Shown here piece after piece: positions 1 through 13,218 of a DNA stretch of 64,000 nt (its first letter is position 1; each line of letters starts with the position of its first letter). This DNA is from Nemertoderma westbladi (taxonomy: Eukaryota > Animalia > Xenacoelomorpha): positions 1 through 64,000 of the forward strand of contig JAUCBJ010002155.1 in NCBI GenBank assembly GCA_032718475.1. Direction: 5' to 3'. A program made the translations under genes and the position numbers. The notes beneath the pieces were generated by a model that was not told where the DNA came from, searched no databases, and saw only the letters and a list, made by a program, of their open reading frames with translations.

Positions 1-1177
1 AGCAGACCAGGGTCCTATTCCTGTGTGTGTCCCCCCCCCCCCCCCCCCCAGTAGGGCCAGCAGGAAACCAACATGATGTCCCATCAGTCTCATATTGGCG
101 TCAAAAGAAATTACCAATCTTTTGTGCACATAAAACGATAAAAGTGGAGGAAGCAAAAATGTTTCAATACCCGATTGTAATTACAGACTGCTGTGGTACT
201 TTAGTAGTAGTAAACTGCACTCAACAATCATTTAAACAAAAATAATAAATGTAAGTAAAGGTTCAGGTTCCATTTTTTGAAGTTTTGCTTTGCAAAATGA
301 AGGTAAGTTAATTTATTGTGTCATTATAATTTAATAGAAAATCATACAGAGTGAGAAGTTCCAATCTAAAAGTCTTAATAAAAGGGTTTATGAGTGTAAG
401 TTTTGGATTTAATAAACAAGAGGGGGCAGAAAACTCGATATATGAATTAAAAATGAAAAGCGATATAACACGGAATTCGATGATAAGAGGTATTTGGAAG
501 AGGACGATGTCCTAATTAAAACTTTCTACTCTACAATATAAGATAAATTAACATAATTTCATATTTAGAAACACACAGCGTAAAACTATACATAAACACT
601 GCATATAAAACCTCAAAATATTATTAATTGCTAGACATTTCAAATACAAGATCATTTAGTGTAATTGTATATAACTATTAAATAGTACATAATATTAAAT
701 AGTAAATACTTTAAATGCTGCTGCATTTAAAAATGCATTGGTCTGCACAATAATCCATAAAAAAAAGAAGTTTTCCTTGAAACCACCTTCTTTTCGTGAA
801 AATAATTTATCATTCCAAAAGCCAGTAGAGTCAACAGCGACTGTAAGGCAATTTTATCTTAGATAAAAACTACTAGACACTGAAGTTGACATAGAAACCT
901 CACAGTCGGGTTATATATAATTATAATACTAATTATCAATTAATAAGCTATGCAGGGCTCACGCCCCAAGGCCCTGCCAATTACCCCAATACCAAACTGC
1001 CTCCAATGTTGTCATTTTCTAACACAATCCAAATATGTTTCTATATAATACTAGATTCTAAATAATTGAAATTTTATGCACAAAAATTGAACTTTTATCA
1101 ATTAAAACAAATAAAATAAAATTAGGTCCGATCATGACCTTCTATATCTTTAGTAGGTCATGGTCCGGTCCGATATA

Positions 1178-1741
1178 CGTAAGGGAAAGGCATGGGCAGC
1201 CTTGAATAGGCTTTCCAGTATTTGGAAGTCACAGAGAATTAATCGGAAACTTAAAGTCCGTTTATTTAGAGCAGCAGTAGTTCCAGTACTCCTCCATGGG
1301 AGTCCATGCTGGTCTCTAACTGCTGAGGACACCAAATCTCTGGATGGCACATTCACAAGAATGCTACGCCGGGTACATTGTGTCAAATACAATGCACACA
1401 TCTCCAACCAGACACTATATAACATTGGAGGTGTCTCATTGGTTCCCCCAAGCTTGACACTAGAACAAAATCGCCTCCGCTTTGCAGGACATTGCTTTCG
1501 CCGTGAGGACCAGCCAGTGCATAATCTTGTACTTTGGCAGCCTCATGGAGTGAATAAGCATGGTGGACAGCCCATGACTTTCTTGAGACGCATCTTAAAG
1601 GACACTGGCCTTGAAGATGCGGATGATCTAGCAAATGTCATGGGTGATAGGGAGTTGTGGCGGTGCAATTTTGTCGATAAGCCGGCACAGCATTCTTAAA
1701 AATGCAGCTGCAATGCAGCATGCCGATCCTAGTAGTAGTAT
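1178..1741 (+). mobile_element. 5'-truncated non-LTR retrotransposon (RTE-like LINE 3' end)
   Basis: ORF 1160-1699 reads like an RTE RT C-terminus (LKVRLFRAAVVPVLLHGS..W, RLRFAGHCFRR, DRELWR). It has a (TAG)n tail at ~1729-1740 and is flanked by the 11-bp direct repeat GGTCCGATATA (1167-1177, 1742-1752). Confidence 0.85.
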
Positions 1742-4401
1742 GGTCCGATATAATATATACGGGATAACAATAAATTTGGAATTTATGTTGGATTTATGTT
1801 GGAGTTTTATTATAAACCAACTGTATAAAGTCTTTGTAATGCAATATGTATATAGTGTACCGGACCGGTACTACCGGGTTGGAATGTAAGATAAGGAACA
1901 GTTAGGTAGGTTCAACCTGGTTCAACATTACAGGAAATTAATATATTTTTAGATTTTAATTATTTTCGATATAATGTGAAATTTTATATTGAAAATAAAT
2001 TGTTCTCTACTCCACTGGACATTCTCGGTCTAAAATAATTACCTGACTTTTAACAACTTTTATAACACGTAACACGGAAAGAATATTAATATTAATAAAT
2101 AATAATTATATTTCATTATTATTATTAATTATAAAATTAATACTAATAATAATAATCAATTAAATTACATATTTCGAAGTTGTCAAAAACGCGATCAAGT
2201 ACATATATATATATATTTAATTAGCACAAAATTACAAACAGCGTTATAAAGGAATGTGCTGTTGTTAATGTAAAGAAGTGATCCACATGTATTTATAATG
2301 AAAAGTATTTCGTATTTATAAATTTTTTCAAATCAACATTTAAAACGGAACAAAACTAAAAGTTACCCATCTGGTTTAGACAACCTTATCGAATATTTTC
2401 CAATTATAAAAAAGGTGAAGCACAATATATCTCTCGACTCACTTTGCTTTACATATTGGCAATGATATTGTGGAACAAAGGAACTAAAACATACTGTAGC
2501 ATAGAGCGGCCGTTAAGTTGCTTCGAGGAACATGTGGCTTATCTTGGAATGAGAAGGCTGTCGGGTATTGGGGGTGCAACATCTCGGATTAAATCGCAGC
2601 ACTGCATCTGTTTCACTGCCGTTATTCCTATCATCTTGACTCCTTTATATAAAATAAAATAACTAAGTATTAGCCGACCGAGAATTGCCCGATAAATTGC
2701 GCAAATAAAGCTTGTAGGCTTACATGCGGATTATATACCGTAACATATATTTTGTACAATGGGCCGCTCATAACGGGATTTTTACCTTAATCGTAAGTGA
2801 CCAGCCTACATTTTAGAATTACTAACACCGAATTATTCGGCGACTCGAACCGAATATCTACGGACCCCTAAAATACCTCGAAAAAAACTAAACGACACTT
2901 CAGCAAATAAATCATGTATAATTATATGATTAGGTATACAGATTAATTTGATTCAGGTATTATATCCGTATATTCCATTCTCGATCAGACAAATAATTAG
3001 TTTATCATTTCATTCGAGTATTTTTGTGCTCAGGGTGGGTAAGAAATTAGTACTTTCATGCGCAAAAATTTGCTGTCCAGTACTGTGTATTTATTTATTA
3101 ACATAATAAATCAATTAGTTTGTAATTATATTCGATGCTCAACCACACCCGCTGTAAAATTGTTTCAACATGTAATCATGTGAATTATAGACTTTCATTT
3201 TGAAGTTTCGATTTAAAAAGCCCATGACAGACAAAACAAGAGGTTATTTTCTAATAAATTGTTGTCCGCCCCCCTAAAGCTACAGTTAGCCTAGCCTCTC
3301 TCTGGCTACAGTAAAAAATAAAAAATAATTGTTGAAACTTCTTTATTTTGCATAAATTATAAATAAATTGCATAAATTATTTTGCATCTCAATTTCTTTC
3401 CTTAAATGGTTTTCGTCTCGCATTTTACGAAAGTCTTTTCCTTATAAATGATTTTCATCTGGCATTCTTAAGAAAGCTTTGTACTACTTGATTATTGGGG
3501 AAATCCAAACAGACTGACAAGAAAACTACATAAGGAAATCATCTTGGAGTGAAATTGAAATCCGTTACGGTCGGTTTATTCTCTACAAAATCAGCACAAA
3601 ACGTGAAGATTAAGTTTAGCTACTTCCCACGCAGTTGCACCTTGGGTAGCAGCGCTTTAAATATATAGTTTTTTACTTAAAAAAAAAAAAATTAACTGGC
3701 ACCCCCCTACCTTTTTAAAGTCATTTTAATTAATTAATATTTATTTTATATATGACTTACTCTGAAGATACGAGAGTATATACTGTAGTTTTAAATAATA
3801 TAATAATAATAATAATAAACTATTATTTATATAGCGCCCAACTCTTTAAATAGATTCTAAGGCGCTCATGACCCATTTAGATATTGAACGCTCTATTGTA
3901 GAATTCTGTTTTTAAACCGACACTAAAGTGTTTTATTCGAGTTATTTGAGTAAATGATAATTTCTTTCTACTTTGCTCTAAGGCTCTAACTTGTGCTTTT
4001 AATCAACTTTTCCAAATGTTTGGAGAAAATAAACAAATATAAATATATACATATTCAATATTGAATAAAGTATGGCCCATACTCCGCAGATAAAATATCA
4101 ACAATAATGGAGCCGCCTGAATAGATGTACTGGGAACGTAAGTTATATATATATAAAAATGAAACAATAAACAAATTTAAATACAGTAGTAAGAAAGATA
4201 AATAAAAAAAACAAATATGATCGGATTGAAAAACAACGAATCTAAAACGAACTTTGTATCGTTTCGTTTTCCATATCTGCCCTAGATAGTCACTATATTG
4301 ACTCCCCCCCCCCCCCCCCCCATTACATGACGTTTAGAATATGCATTGAAGTAACATTAAAACTCACCTGGAGATATTGAAGGAATGTAAATTAGCATAT
4401 G

Positions 4402-6669
4402 TTAATAAGGCGGTGTTGGCGGTGGTTTGTCCTTCCACCGGACCTCCCATCCGCCTTTGTGATTTTCGTTGTAACACCCCCACATATTAGTGTCGGGGTG
4501 TAAACACCGCTCCCCAATGTTACCCCCGACCTCGTAGAGTTCGCAGACGGCGCCTTCCGAGACGCCGGAATGTCGCCGACTCCCTGCGTCCGCGAGGTGC
4601 TCCGGACACTCCAGGAGGTCGTCCGACACCTGGGGCAGTCGGCCGTCCTCGAACAGCCGGAGTACCGCGGCGACGGTCGTCGACCTGCTCAACTGCACCG
4701 CGACCGAGAAGACGGGATCGTAACTGGGCGCCTTGATGCGGATGACACCGTCGAGGAGGTCGGACACCTCCTGCGGGTGCGACGAAGGGGGGCCGCCGAG
4801 AGTCGTCTTCCTACAGCCCGTAGAGTCCAACGAGGCCATCGAGGGAGACGGCGACGAGGAACCAACCGCGGAAACCGACTCCGTCTTCCGTCGGCCGAAC
4901 AACTTGGCCGCAACGCTGCGGCTCTCTTTAACGCTCTTACGAGTCAGATCGCCCTCGTAGCAGAGACGGATCTGCTTAATGAGAGAGGCGGGGACAACCC
5001 AAATAATCTCGTGGTAATGGATAAGTAGCTGCGTGACGCGTATAGAACAGGTGGCGAACACATCGTCGTTGTTATAGTAGTGGTGGTGGTTGGCGCTGCC
5101 ACGAGTGGTTACTCGATGGCGGTGCTTAGTGAGGATGTGGAACACATTAGGAGCCATGATCATAGTGACATTATGCAAGGACATCAAGTTGGAGTCCTGG
5201 TGCTCGATGATGTCGCTAAGGAATTCAAGCATCAATTTGAGAACCTTGCGGTGGACTGTAGGGAGGAGAACCACGAGTAAGTTCAAGGCTTTCAGTTGGG
5301 ACTCCAAGTGGTCCACCGTCCCGAGTCTATAAAACGTGTCGATGTACTGGAGAGTTAGCAAGGGGATCGGGAGCTCCCGGATGAACTGTTTGAAGAGTCC
5401 GGCGGCGTCGTGACCCCGGACCGACTGCCACGGCGACGTCGCCAGGGCCCCGGAGTTGTAGACGGACTCGGCGGCGGCGTACAGCGACTCGGTTATGTGT
5501 CCGCGTAGATTCCGCATCCGATTAACAGAACCGGCGACACGGAGGAGTCCCAACTCGTGTAGGGAAGTCGCGCGGAGATGGTCGACGCACTGCTGGAAGA
5601 ACACCGGTACCTGGATACTTGAATCTTGGAATATTTTAGAATCGCGATCTACAAGCAACTCCAACGGCACGCCAAACATTCCTTTGGGGTCCTTCTCCAT
5701 GAGTTTCTTCGCGTGGGCGACTTTCCTCCGATGAGCGGTGGCGGATAGCCCGAGCCCGAGGTCGTCCATGACGGAGGTGAGTTCGATGTACGCCAAGGGC
5801 TGCATGTTGTCGAGATCAATGCATGACAGGTCCCCCACTGTGGTGGTCCCCAACCAGGTCTTATTGAGACAGACCACCGGGTGCTTGGAGACGGGGTCAA
5901 CCTCATCGGTGATCGTGAACGTCGGTTGCTCTATCGCAGAAGGAGGGTCGAACCTCGAGTCGCCGATATCCAACTCCGTGTCGCTGTTCGCGAAGGAATC
6001 CTCGTCGTCTTTCGGTTTAATCGGGTTCATTTTATTGTAGATGCTGACAACCTCTATAGCGTTGGCATCGTCCAACGCGATATCAAGTTCTCGTTTACTA
6101 ATTTTCCGGTTGGCGAACGGACCGACCATTGCGCTCCCGCAGTCCTGCGATCTATCCTTCTTCCTACCCATCCGCAGTAGCGCCTTGGGAGTGATCCTCT
6201 CCTGGGAGCCGCTGGATTCCTTATCCCGATCCGAGCGAAACATTCCGAACACCTCGCGGACGTCCGGGATGCCTTTCATTCGCTTACGAAGCGTCTGATT
6301 GTACTTATGGACGCGCTTCTTAACCGCCTCTCGCTGCGGTCGAGTCAACGATTTCAAGTCGCGTTTAAAACGTTCTCGATCGAGACCGGCGCCTTTCTCG
6401 AGATCTGATACGAGATCCGAGAAGCCAGCCTGTTTGAGCCACTCGGCCTCCTGTTCGCCTTCATCCGGAGTTTTACACTGAGTCGTCTCCGTGTCATCCA
6501 GAGTCACATCCTCCTCCAACTCCACGGCTACGTCTTCCACATCGACGCCTCCGATCTCCTTGCATTCAGTCCAAAAGTCTGAGAACTCGTCCTCAATATC
6601 GGCAGTAGGAGCTACCCCGATAGGTCTGCCCCGGGTGAACTGCATTACTTTTGGCCTCGTACCGGACAT
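4402..6669 (-). CDS. ARHGAP18: Rho GTPase-activating protein, ARHGAP18/28/40 (conundrum) family; single-exon CDS, 755 aa
   Basis: N-terminal EAEWLKQAG and LTRPQREAVKKRV motifs; RhoGAP domain (FGVPL, GLLRVAG with arginine finger, AGLFKQFIRELPIPLLT, NLMSLHNVTMIMAPN); C-terminal LYEVGGNIGERCL motif typical of this subfamily. GC-rich against an AT-rich background. The exact paralogue cannot be resolved. Confidence 0.9.
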   Translation of the reverse strand: MSGTRPKVMQFTRGRPIGVAPTADIEDEFSDFWTECKEIGGVDVEDVAVELEEDVTLDDTETTQCKTPDEGEQEAEWLKQAGFSDLVSDLEKGAGLDRERFKRDLKSLTRPQREAVKKRVHKYNQTLRKRMKGIPDVREVFGMFRSDRDKESSGSQERITPKALLRMGRKKDRSQDCGSAMVGPFANRKISKRELDIALDDANAIEVVSIYNKMNPIKPKDDEDSFANSDTELDIGDSRFDPPSAIEQPTFTITDEVDPVSKHPVVCLNKTWLGTTTVGDLSCIDLDNMQPLAYIELTSVMDDLGLGLSATAHRRKVAHAKKLMEKDPKGMFGVPLELLVDRDSKIFQDSSIQVPVFFQQCVDHLRATSLHELGLLRVAGSVNRMRNLRGHITESLYAAAESVYNSGALATSPWQSVRGHDAAGLFKQFIRELPIPLLTLQYIDTFYRLGTVDHLESQLKALNLLVVLLPTVHRKVLKLMLEFLSDIIEHQDSNLMSLHNVTMIMAPNVFHILTKHRHRVTTRGSANHHHYYNNDDVFATCSIRVTQLLIHYHEIIWVVPASLIKQIRLCYEGDLTRKSVKESRSVAAKLFGRRKTESVSAVGSSSPSPSMASLDSTGCRKTTLGGPPSSHPQEVSDLLDGVIRIKAPSYDPVFSVAVQLSRSTTVAAVLRLFEDGRLPQVSDDLLECPEHLADAGSRRHSGVSEGAVCELYEVGGNIGERCLHPDTNMWGCYNENHKGGWEVRWKDKPPPTPPY

Positions 6670-7924
6670 GTTATATTGCGATATATAATAGCGAGCAAGA
6701 AGATGTCCTCGAAAAATGACTTACTCGTCTCGTCAGTATAATTGATTTTGATGTAATAATCGACACAGAAAGTATAAATACAGCATTGTCAAGTGTCAAC
6801 TACCAGGCCATTGTTAATCAGGAATAATAGGCGTATCCCATGGGAAACATGAACACAATACTGCAATAGTAAGATAATAGGCTAGGCCCTACCGAAATAC
6901 GATATACATATGGCAGGGCCTTTCCTCTATAGCGGTACGGTACGGTAACTAAATTAAACTCAATTCAGCATTGCCGGATTTGTATTGATAGAATACAATT
7001 TCGATAACAAATAAAAGAAGAAAAGTAAAAAAAGTGTAAAAAAGCCTTAGCGGTTAAATCAGAAGGGTCAGTAAAGTTCAAGTCTTTTATCTAGAACAAA
7101 CACACGACATATATATATATACAGACATAGGGTAAATAGTATACCAATACCGCCAATACCGGTATGCGGTAGGCCTATGCAATGAGGTAGAATAAAACGT
7201 CTGTCCTTATCTGATGGCATCTGATCCTATAACCAATCAGGAGAAAGAGATATGGGTACATAGCCAATAGGGGATCAGGCTGCCATGTTACATATCAGTA
7301 TCATCATACTGTCATATGACATAGCAGTAGGCAGGTAGGCCTAGGCAGGTAGGCCTTCAGCCTTCAGGCATACCGGTATTCAGCCAATGCAGCAAAGGCA
7401 TGTTCAAAATGCGATACACAGTAGGATGAAGGATGGCGGGTATGAAAGTTGTGTCTGTGTGATTGCCCCAGCAAAGACGGATAGTTTCAGATGTAGGCCT
7501 AAACAACTTTCGCAGATTTAGTTGGTGTTGAAACATTAATCATTTATTAAAAACAATACAGCCTTTCTGCCTTTGCTGCAATATTTTAGTAATATTTCTT
7601 GTTAATAGTTATCAATATTAATACTGTAGTTAAAGTTAACTATATTAATCATAATTAATATTATTAAATAATGATACGTTCAGACGTTACAGTACAGTAC
7701 GATTAGTATATTACATTTAAAATATTTATTGTTTGTTTGTTACGCCAAAGGGAAGGCAGGAAGAGGTACAATACCTCTGTACAGTACTGTCTGACTGTAC
7801 TGCCAAATACGGCGAAACACTTTTAACATGCCCATATTGCCTGATTGCCAGGTGATACAGCGGAGTTTATACCCAGACGAAGAATGAATATGGGAAGGTG
7901 GATGGGAATGTGGGAATCAGTAAA

Positions 7925-8142
7925 CTCTGTTGTTACCTTCCAATTGAAGGAAAAGAGCAGGATACAGCGGCTGTAATTTCTAACCAAAACAATAAACGAC
8001 GTTGTTACCTACAAATTGAGAGAAAGGAGCAGGTTACAGAGACAGGGTTTTCTAACCAAAACAATAAACGATTTTGTTACCTACCAATTGAGGGAAAGGA
8101 GAATGTTTCCGCGGCTGACTTTTCTAACCAAAACAATAAACA
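7925..8142. repeat. Three tandem ~63-bp copies of a dispersed motif (AAAGGAGCAGGTTACAG...TTTCTAACCAAAACAATAAACG)
   Basis: Seen directly. The same motif recurs at ~9620-9670 (-), 13540-13590, 50565-50680, 53510-53555 (-), 59440-59492 and 59740-59790 (-). Confidence 0.8.
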
Positions 8143-8673
8143 ACCAGCGGGCACCTTCCCACATTCCCATCCACCCACCCACCCATGTGGCAATAATAGG
8201 TTGATAAATAATTAGCATAAACATAATTAGTTAAGTCCTATTAGCTGATTAGTAGTAAGAAGATATCGTGTTAAAGTTAATTGGGAAAGCAATCAGCTGT
8301 AGTTGTTTAATTGGAGCCGTAAGTGTGTCATGGGGGAAGATAGTACGAGAAAGGGAGAGAGGGAGATTGCGTGATGTGTAGTGTAGGTTGACAGGTTGAA
8401 GTAAGAGAGAATATCGTCACTTTGTATTTATTGATTTAACAGTATATTATTATTGTGAGCAGGGACAGGATACGATATGATACAGCCATGCATTTGGGAG
8501 CGAACACATATCGAAGGATACCGAAATACTAAGAAAATTTAAATCGGGATAGATTTAGTCCAGTACATCATCGAACAGACCCCGGGACGATGAACCAGCT
8601 GTAGCCATGATGGAGGCAGCAATCCCGATCACAATCAATGGCGATCTCGATCCTCTGACATCGCCCACTCGAG

Positions 8674-10536
8674 CAGTCGGTGAGAAGTCAAAAATTGGAC
8701 TTCAAGTCCAATTTTAGACTTCAAGTCCAATTTTGGACTCCAAAGTCCAATATTGGACTTTAGTACAACTCCAAGTGTAGGTAACCATGCTGCCATACTG
8801 TATCGGTATTTCAATCAAAACTGCATCCTGTATCAGTACATATATATTACATAATTACAATGCAACATTATTTTAATGATCAAATTAATAATTATAAGTA
8901 TTATACAGTTATAAGCAGGGATCGCACACGTCAGCACGTACAGTCAGACATCAGTAGTTACTTTTTGCGGTAGTGGTATGGCTTTGCGGTAGTAGCCTTA
9001 CTGCCTTAGCGGTGAATACCGCAGTAGCGGTAGTTGAGTTATAGCTGTATAGTTCATTCATACCCATACCTAGCGCCCATACCTGTGGTATTTTCGTATG
9101 GCAAAAATAAGACTACTGTAAACTGTAACCTATTATGTTATTGAGTTAATGTTAATTGACTAATTGTTTTGATTAGGTTCACTGTGTCAAGTACAATGCA
9201 CACATCTCCAACCAGACACTATATAACATTGGAGTTGGAGGTGTCTCATTAGTTCCCCCAAGCTTGACACTAGAACAAAGCCGCCTCCGCTTTGCAGGAC
9301 ATTGCTTCCGCCATGGGGACCAGCCAGTGCACCTCATGGAGTGAATAAGCATGGTGGACAGCCCATGACTTTCTTGAGACGCATCTTTCTTACTGTCTCA
9401 AAGGACACTGGCCTTGAAGATGTGGATGATCTAGCAAAAGTCATGGGTGATAAGGCTGTAAGAGTATAAGGGAGTTGTGCAGGCTCACTTTTGTCAACAA
9501 GCCGGGACAATGGGACAGCATTCTTAATAGGGCCTATAATGCAGCTGCAATGCAGCATGCCGATTGCTGGATTGTAGTTAGTAGTATGTGGTGATAGGGC
9601 TCCTTCCCGATCCTGACCGATTATTGTTTTAGTTAGAAAAGCCTGCCTCTGTAACCTGTTCCTTTCCCTCAGCCTCAATTGGTTTATGACGTGTGTTGTA
9701 CTTATTATGTGGAGACCCCAACACGTTAATCAGTTAATCCCCTTTTATTATCCAGCCGTTTTAAAATACCCTTCCTGTTGTATGGAAAACTTAGAAGAGA
9801 TGGTGGTAGCATCAACTTTGTAGTATTTCTTTCTGATAGGGCTCCCATAGGCTTAGACGAAATCGTAGCTTGTACTGTGTACTGTAGTTAGCCTTAGCAC
9901 TAGCAGCAGCTGCAGTTGGCAAACCTGACATTGCTACCAGTTTCCACCAAATATAATTTGTAATTAAATATTTATTGGAGCATAATCTAATCTAGTCCTA
10001 AAGACTCTATAAAGTCCTGGGTACATAAGGCTGTAAGGTTAGACATAACATGAATGTAAACAATACTGCAATATGCTAAAAGTAAAGTACAAAGTACCTA
10101 GAATGCTAGAATGTACCATTATAATCTAATTACAGTACACTGAAGATACATACAGAGCTGCAAAGGTAACTTTCCATAACTTAATAGCTGTCTGGCTGTC
10201 TCTCATCTGTTATGCTTCATGTACATTTAAGTTTGATTCTCAATGTCGCGTCCAAAATTGGACTTAAAGTCCAATATTGGACTTTTGTAAAAATTTAAAG
10301 CCTTATAAAACAAGTTCCCCCTGGTGAATTTCAGGTCCCCCTGTTCAAAACTCTTATTTTTTGATATATTTTCGATTAAAAAAAAAAAATCCCGCCCGAT
10401 CCAATTACCCAAGGCCCTGGAACAATTGGCTGATTTGAAGTCCAATATTGGACTCACAGAAGTCCAATTTTGGACTTGAACTGGAGTCGAAGTCAAATTT
10501 TGGACTCAAGTCCAATTTTTGACTTCTCACCGACTG
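8674..10536. mobile_element. Non-autonomous TIR element A (CAGTCGG ends, 5-bp TSD TCGAG) carrying an RTE-LINE fragment
   Basis: TIR CAGTCGGTGAGAAGTCAAAAATTGGACTT / AAGTCCAATTTTTGACTTCTCACCGACTG. TCGAG at 8669-8673 and 10537-10541. Repeated TTGGACTT..AAGTCCAA subterminal palindromes. Confidence 0.85.
9183..9570 (+). mobile_element. RTE-like LINE 3' fragment inside element A
   Basis: Nearly the same sequence as 1380-1735, with indels. Confidence 0.85.
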
Positions 10537-10907
10537 TCGAGAGGTTCGGGCAGACCATGATGTGATAATTGTACAGTATGTCGATTTATCGGTCAGTCGG
10601 TGAATAAAGACATCCCAATAATCGCAATTTCAGTCAACACTGACATATCCAGTTTACGAGTGCCTACGCTACGTCGCTACATCCTACATCTCCCCTGGCT
10701 TTGTTTACTTGGCTTTCGAATCAGAATTGGTACCCATGTGGTCACCGTACTGCTGTAGTTGGTAGTGGGATCACCGCAATCAGAGTTTGAGTTTATTTAT
10801 AATAAAATGATAGCAATAGTCTGATAGTGGGAATAACTGAATAAACTTATAGTAATTAACCAGAACGCTGAAAAGTTGATATAATGTGACAATAACAAAG
10901 TCTATTA

Positions 10908-13110
10908 CAGTAGGGTTCCCTATCCCGATATATGAATATATCCCGATCGGGATATTTACATATCCCGATCGGGATATATTCAACCTTTCCAAAAAGCGAC
11001 CTAAACTATAAAAAAGCGACCCAAATGGCGCCATCCAGCAGATAGATCAGAAAAAATGGGTTATATTCGTTTGTGCCCCGCACTGCCGCAAAGTGGTGTT
11101 AGGGCTTTCAAAAGATATTGCAGAGTGAAAATCATATATTTTGTAAACATCCCGATCGGGATATATTGTGGTAGGCTAATCATGAGACAAGAGATGATTG
11201 TATTTTTTTGTATAAAGTATAAGTGTACCATTACTGGATTAGGAGGGCAGCTGGGTAGAGGGTGTGTTTCACTACTACCAGAACCAGACTACAAACAGAC
11301 AGACAGAGAATACTGCAGTTTAGTGTGTAGTACCGGTACTGTATCTGCCTACCACTCTACCAGCCTACGTAGCCCTACTATGAAATTTCAACAGTTTGTT
11401 ACAGTATCCCATAATAGGCTACAACGCGAAGGTGTCTTAAACGTTTCAACAGATTGTTTCAGTATCAAACGTGCTGCACGAAGGTCTCTTAAACCTGTAA
11501 ACGTTTCAACAGATTGTTTCAGTATCTCACATACTGCGCCCAAAGGTCTCTTAAACGTTTCAATAGATTGTTTCAGTATCCAACGTGCTGCATGAAGGTC
11601 TCTTACGTTTCAATAGATTGTTTCAGTATCCAACATGCTGCATGAAGGTCTCTTAAACGTTTCATCAATAGATTGTTTCAGTATCCAACCTGCTTCAACT
11701 GCATGAAGCCTGCTTCAACTGCATGAAGGTCTCTTAAACATAAATTTCAATAGATTGTTACAGAGTACCCCACCCCCACATGCTGCACGAAGGTCTCTTA
11801 AATGTTTCAACGGATTGTTTCAGTATCTCACATACTGCGCGAAGGTCTCTTAAACGTTTCAATAGATTTTTTCAGTATCCAACGTACTGCACAGCTGCAT
11901 GAAGGTCTGTCTCTTAAACGTTTCAACAGATTGTTAACTCTTGGACATTTCAACGGATTGTTTCAGTATCTCACATACTGCGCGAAGGTCTCTTAACGTT
12001 TCAACAGACTGTTTCAGTATCCAACGTGCTGCATGTAGGAATCTTAAACGTTTCAATAGATTGTTTCAGTATCCAATGTGCTGCACAAAGATCTCTTAAA
12101 CGTTTCAACAGATTGTTTCAGTATCCAACGTGCTGCATGAAGGCATCTTAAACGTTTCAATAGATTGTTTCAGTATCCAAAGTGCTGGACAATGGTATCT
12201 TAAACGTTTCAATAGATTGTTTCAGTATCCAACGTGCTGCATGAAGGTCTCTTACGTTTCAATAGATTGCTTCAGTATCCAACATGCTGCATGAATGTCT
12301 CTTAAACGTTTCATCAATAGATTGTTTCAGTATCCAACCTGCTTCAACTGCATGAAGGTCTCTTAAACGTTTCAATATATTGTTTCAGTATCCAAATCCA
12401 ATGTGCTGCATGAAGGTCTCTTATACGTTTCACCAGATTGTTCTCTCTTACACATTTCAACGAATTGTTTCAGTATCCCATATACTGCGCAAAGGTATCT
12501 TAAATGTTTCAATAGATTGTTACAGAGTACCCCACATGCTGCAAGATATCTTAAACGTTTCAATAGATTGTTTCAGTATCCAAGATGTGCTGCACAATGG
12601 TATCTTAAACATTTCAACAGATTGTTACGGTACCCAGGTCAGGTACCCCACGTACGTGCTGCATGAAGGTCTCTTAAACGTTTCAACTGATTGTTTCAGT
12701 ATCTCACATACTGCGCGAAGGTCTCTTAAAACGTTTCAATGGATTGACTCAGTATCAAACGTGCTGCACGAAGTCTTCTAAACATGTTCAATTACCGGCA
12801 CAACAGACTGACTGACAGATTATTCAGTGTCATGCGCGAATCGGCGAATGCCAGAATGCATCACCATTGTCATCCTGGTTTCATTTTCTTCACGTTTTTT
12901 TAGGTGGATTTAGTTGGTTAGCAGTATAGACTTCACTTCACATTCTAATAATATTTATTGACATTCTAGTTTTCCAAATATACTGTAGTTTTAAATAGTA
13001 GAGTAGAATATACAGTAGTAAATTAGTTATGTACATTGACATATCCCGATCGGGATAGGCCTATATTACCTTATAAGGGTATATCCCGATCGGGATAGGG
13101 AACCCTACTG
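10908..13110. mobile_element. Non-autonomous TIR element F (CAGTAGG ends; TATTA on both sides) with an internal minisatellite
   Basis: TIR CAGTAGGGTTCCCTATCCCGAT / ATCGGGATAGGGAACCCTACTG. TATTA at 10903-10907 and 13111-13115 (could also be read as a TA TSD). Repeated ATCCCGATCGGGAT palindromes. Confidence 0.85.
11385..12790. repeat. Minisatellite, ~52-bp unit (GGTCTCTTAAACGTTTCAATAGATTGTTTCAGTATCCAACGTGCTGCATGAA), roughly 25 copies
   Basis: Tandem units visible directly, with two or three unit variants. Confidence 0.9.
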
Positions 13111-13218
13111 TATTACAGTATTAAGTTCTATCCTGATATTTGAATTTGAATTGAATCATCTTTACATTCATTAGCCTACTCTGATATTGCACTACAGTCT
13201 GACAGTACAGCAGTAGAG

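Noticed and set aside
4570-6688. Many + strand ORFs
   Set aside because: Antisense shadows of the GC-rich RhoGAP CDS.
11385-12790. CRISPR-like repeat/spacer array
   Set aside because: The 'spacers' are short, homologous and recurrent; there are no cas genes; the context is a eukaryotic TIR element.
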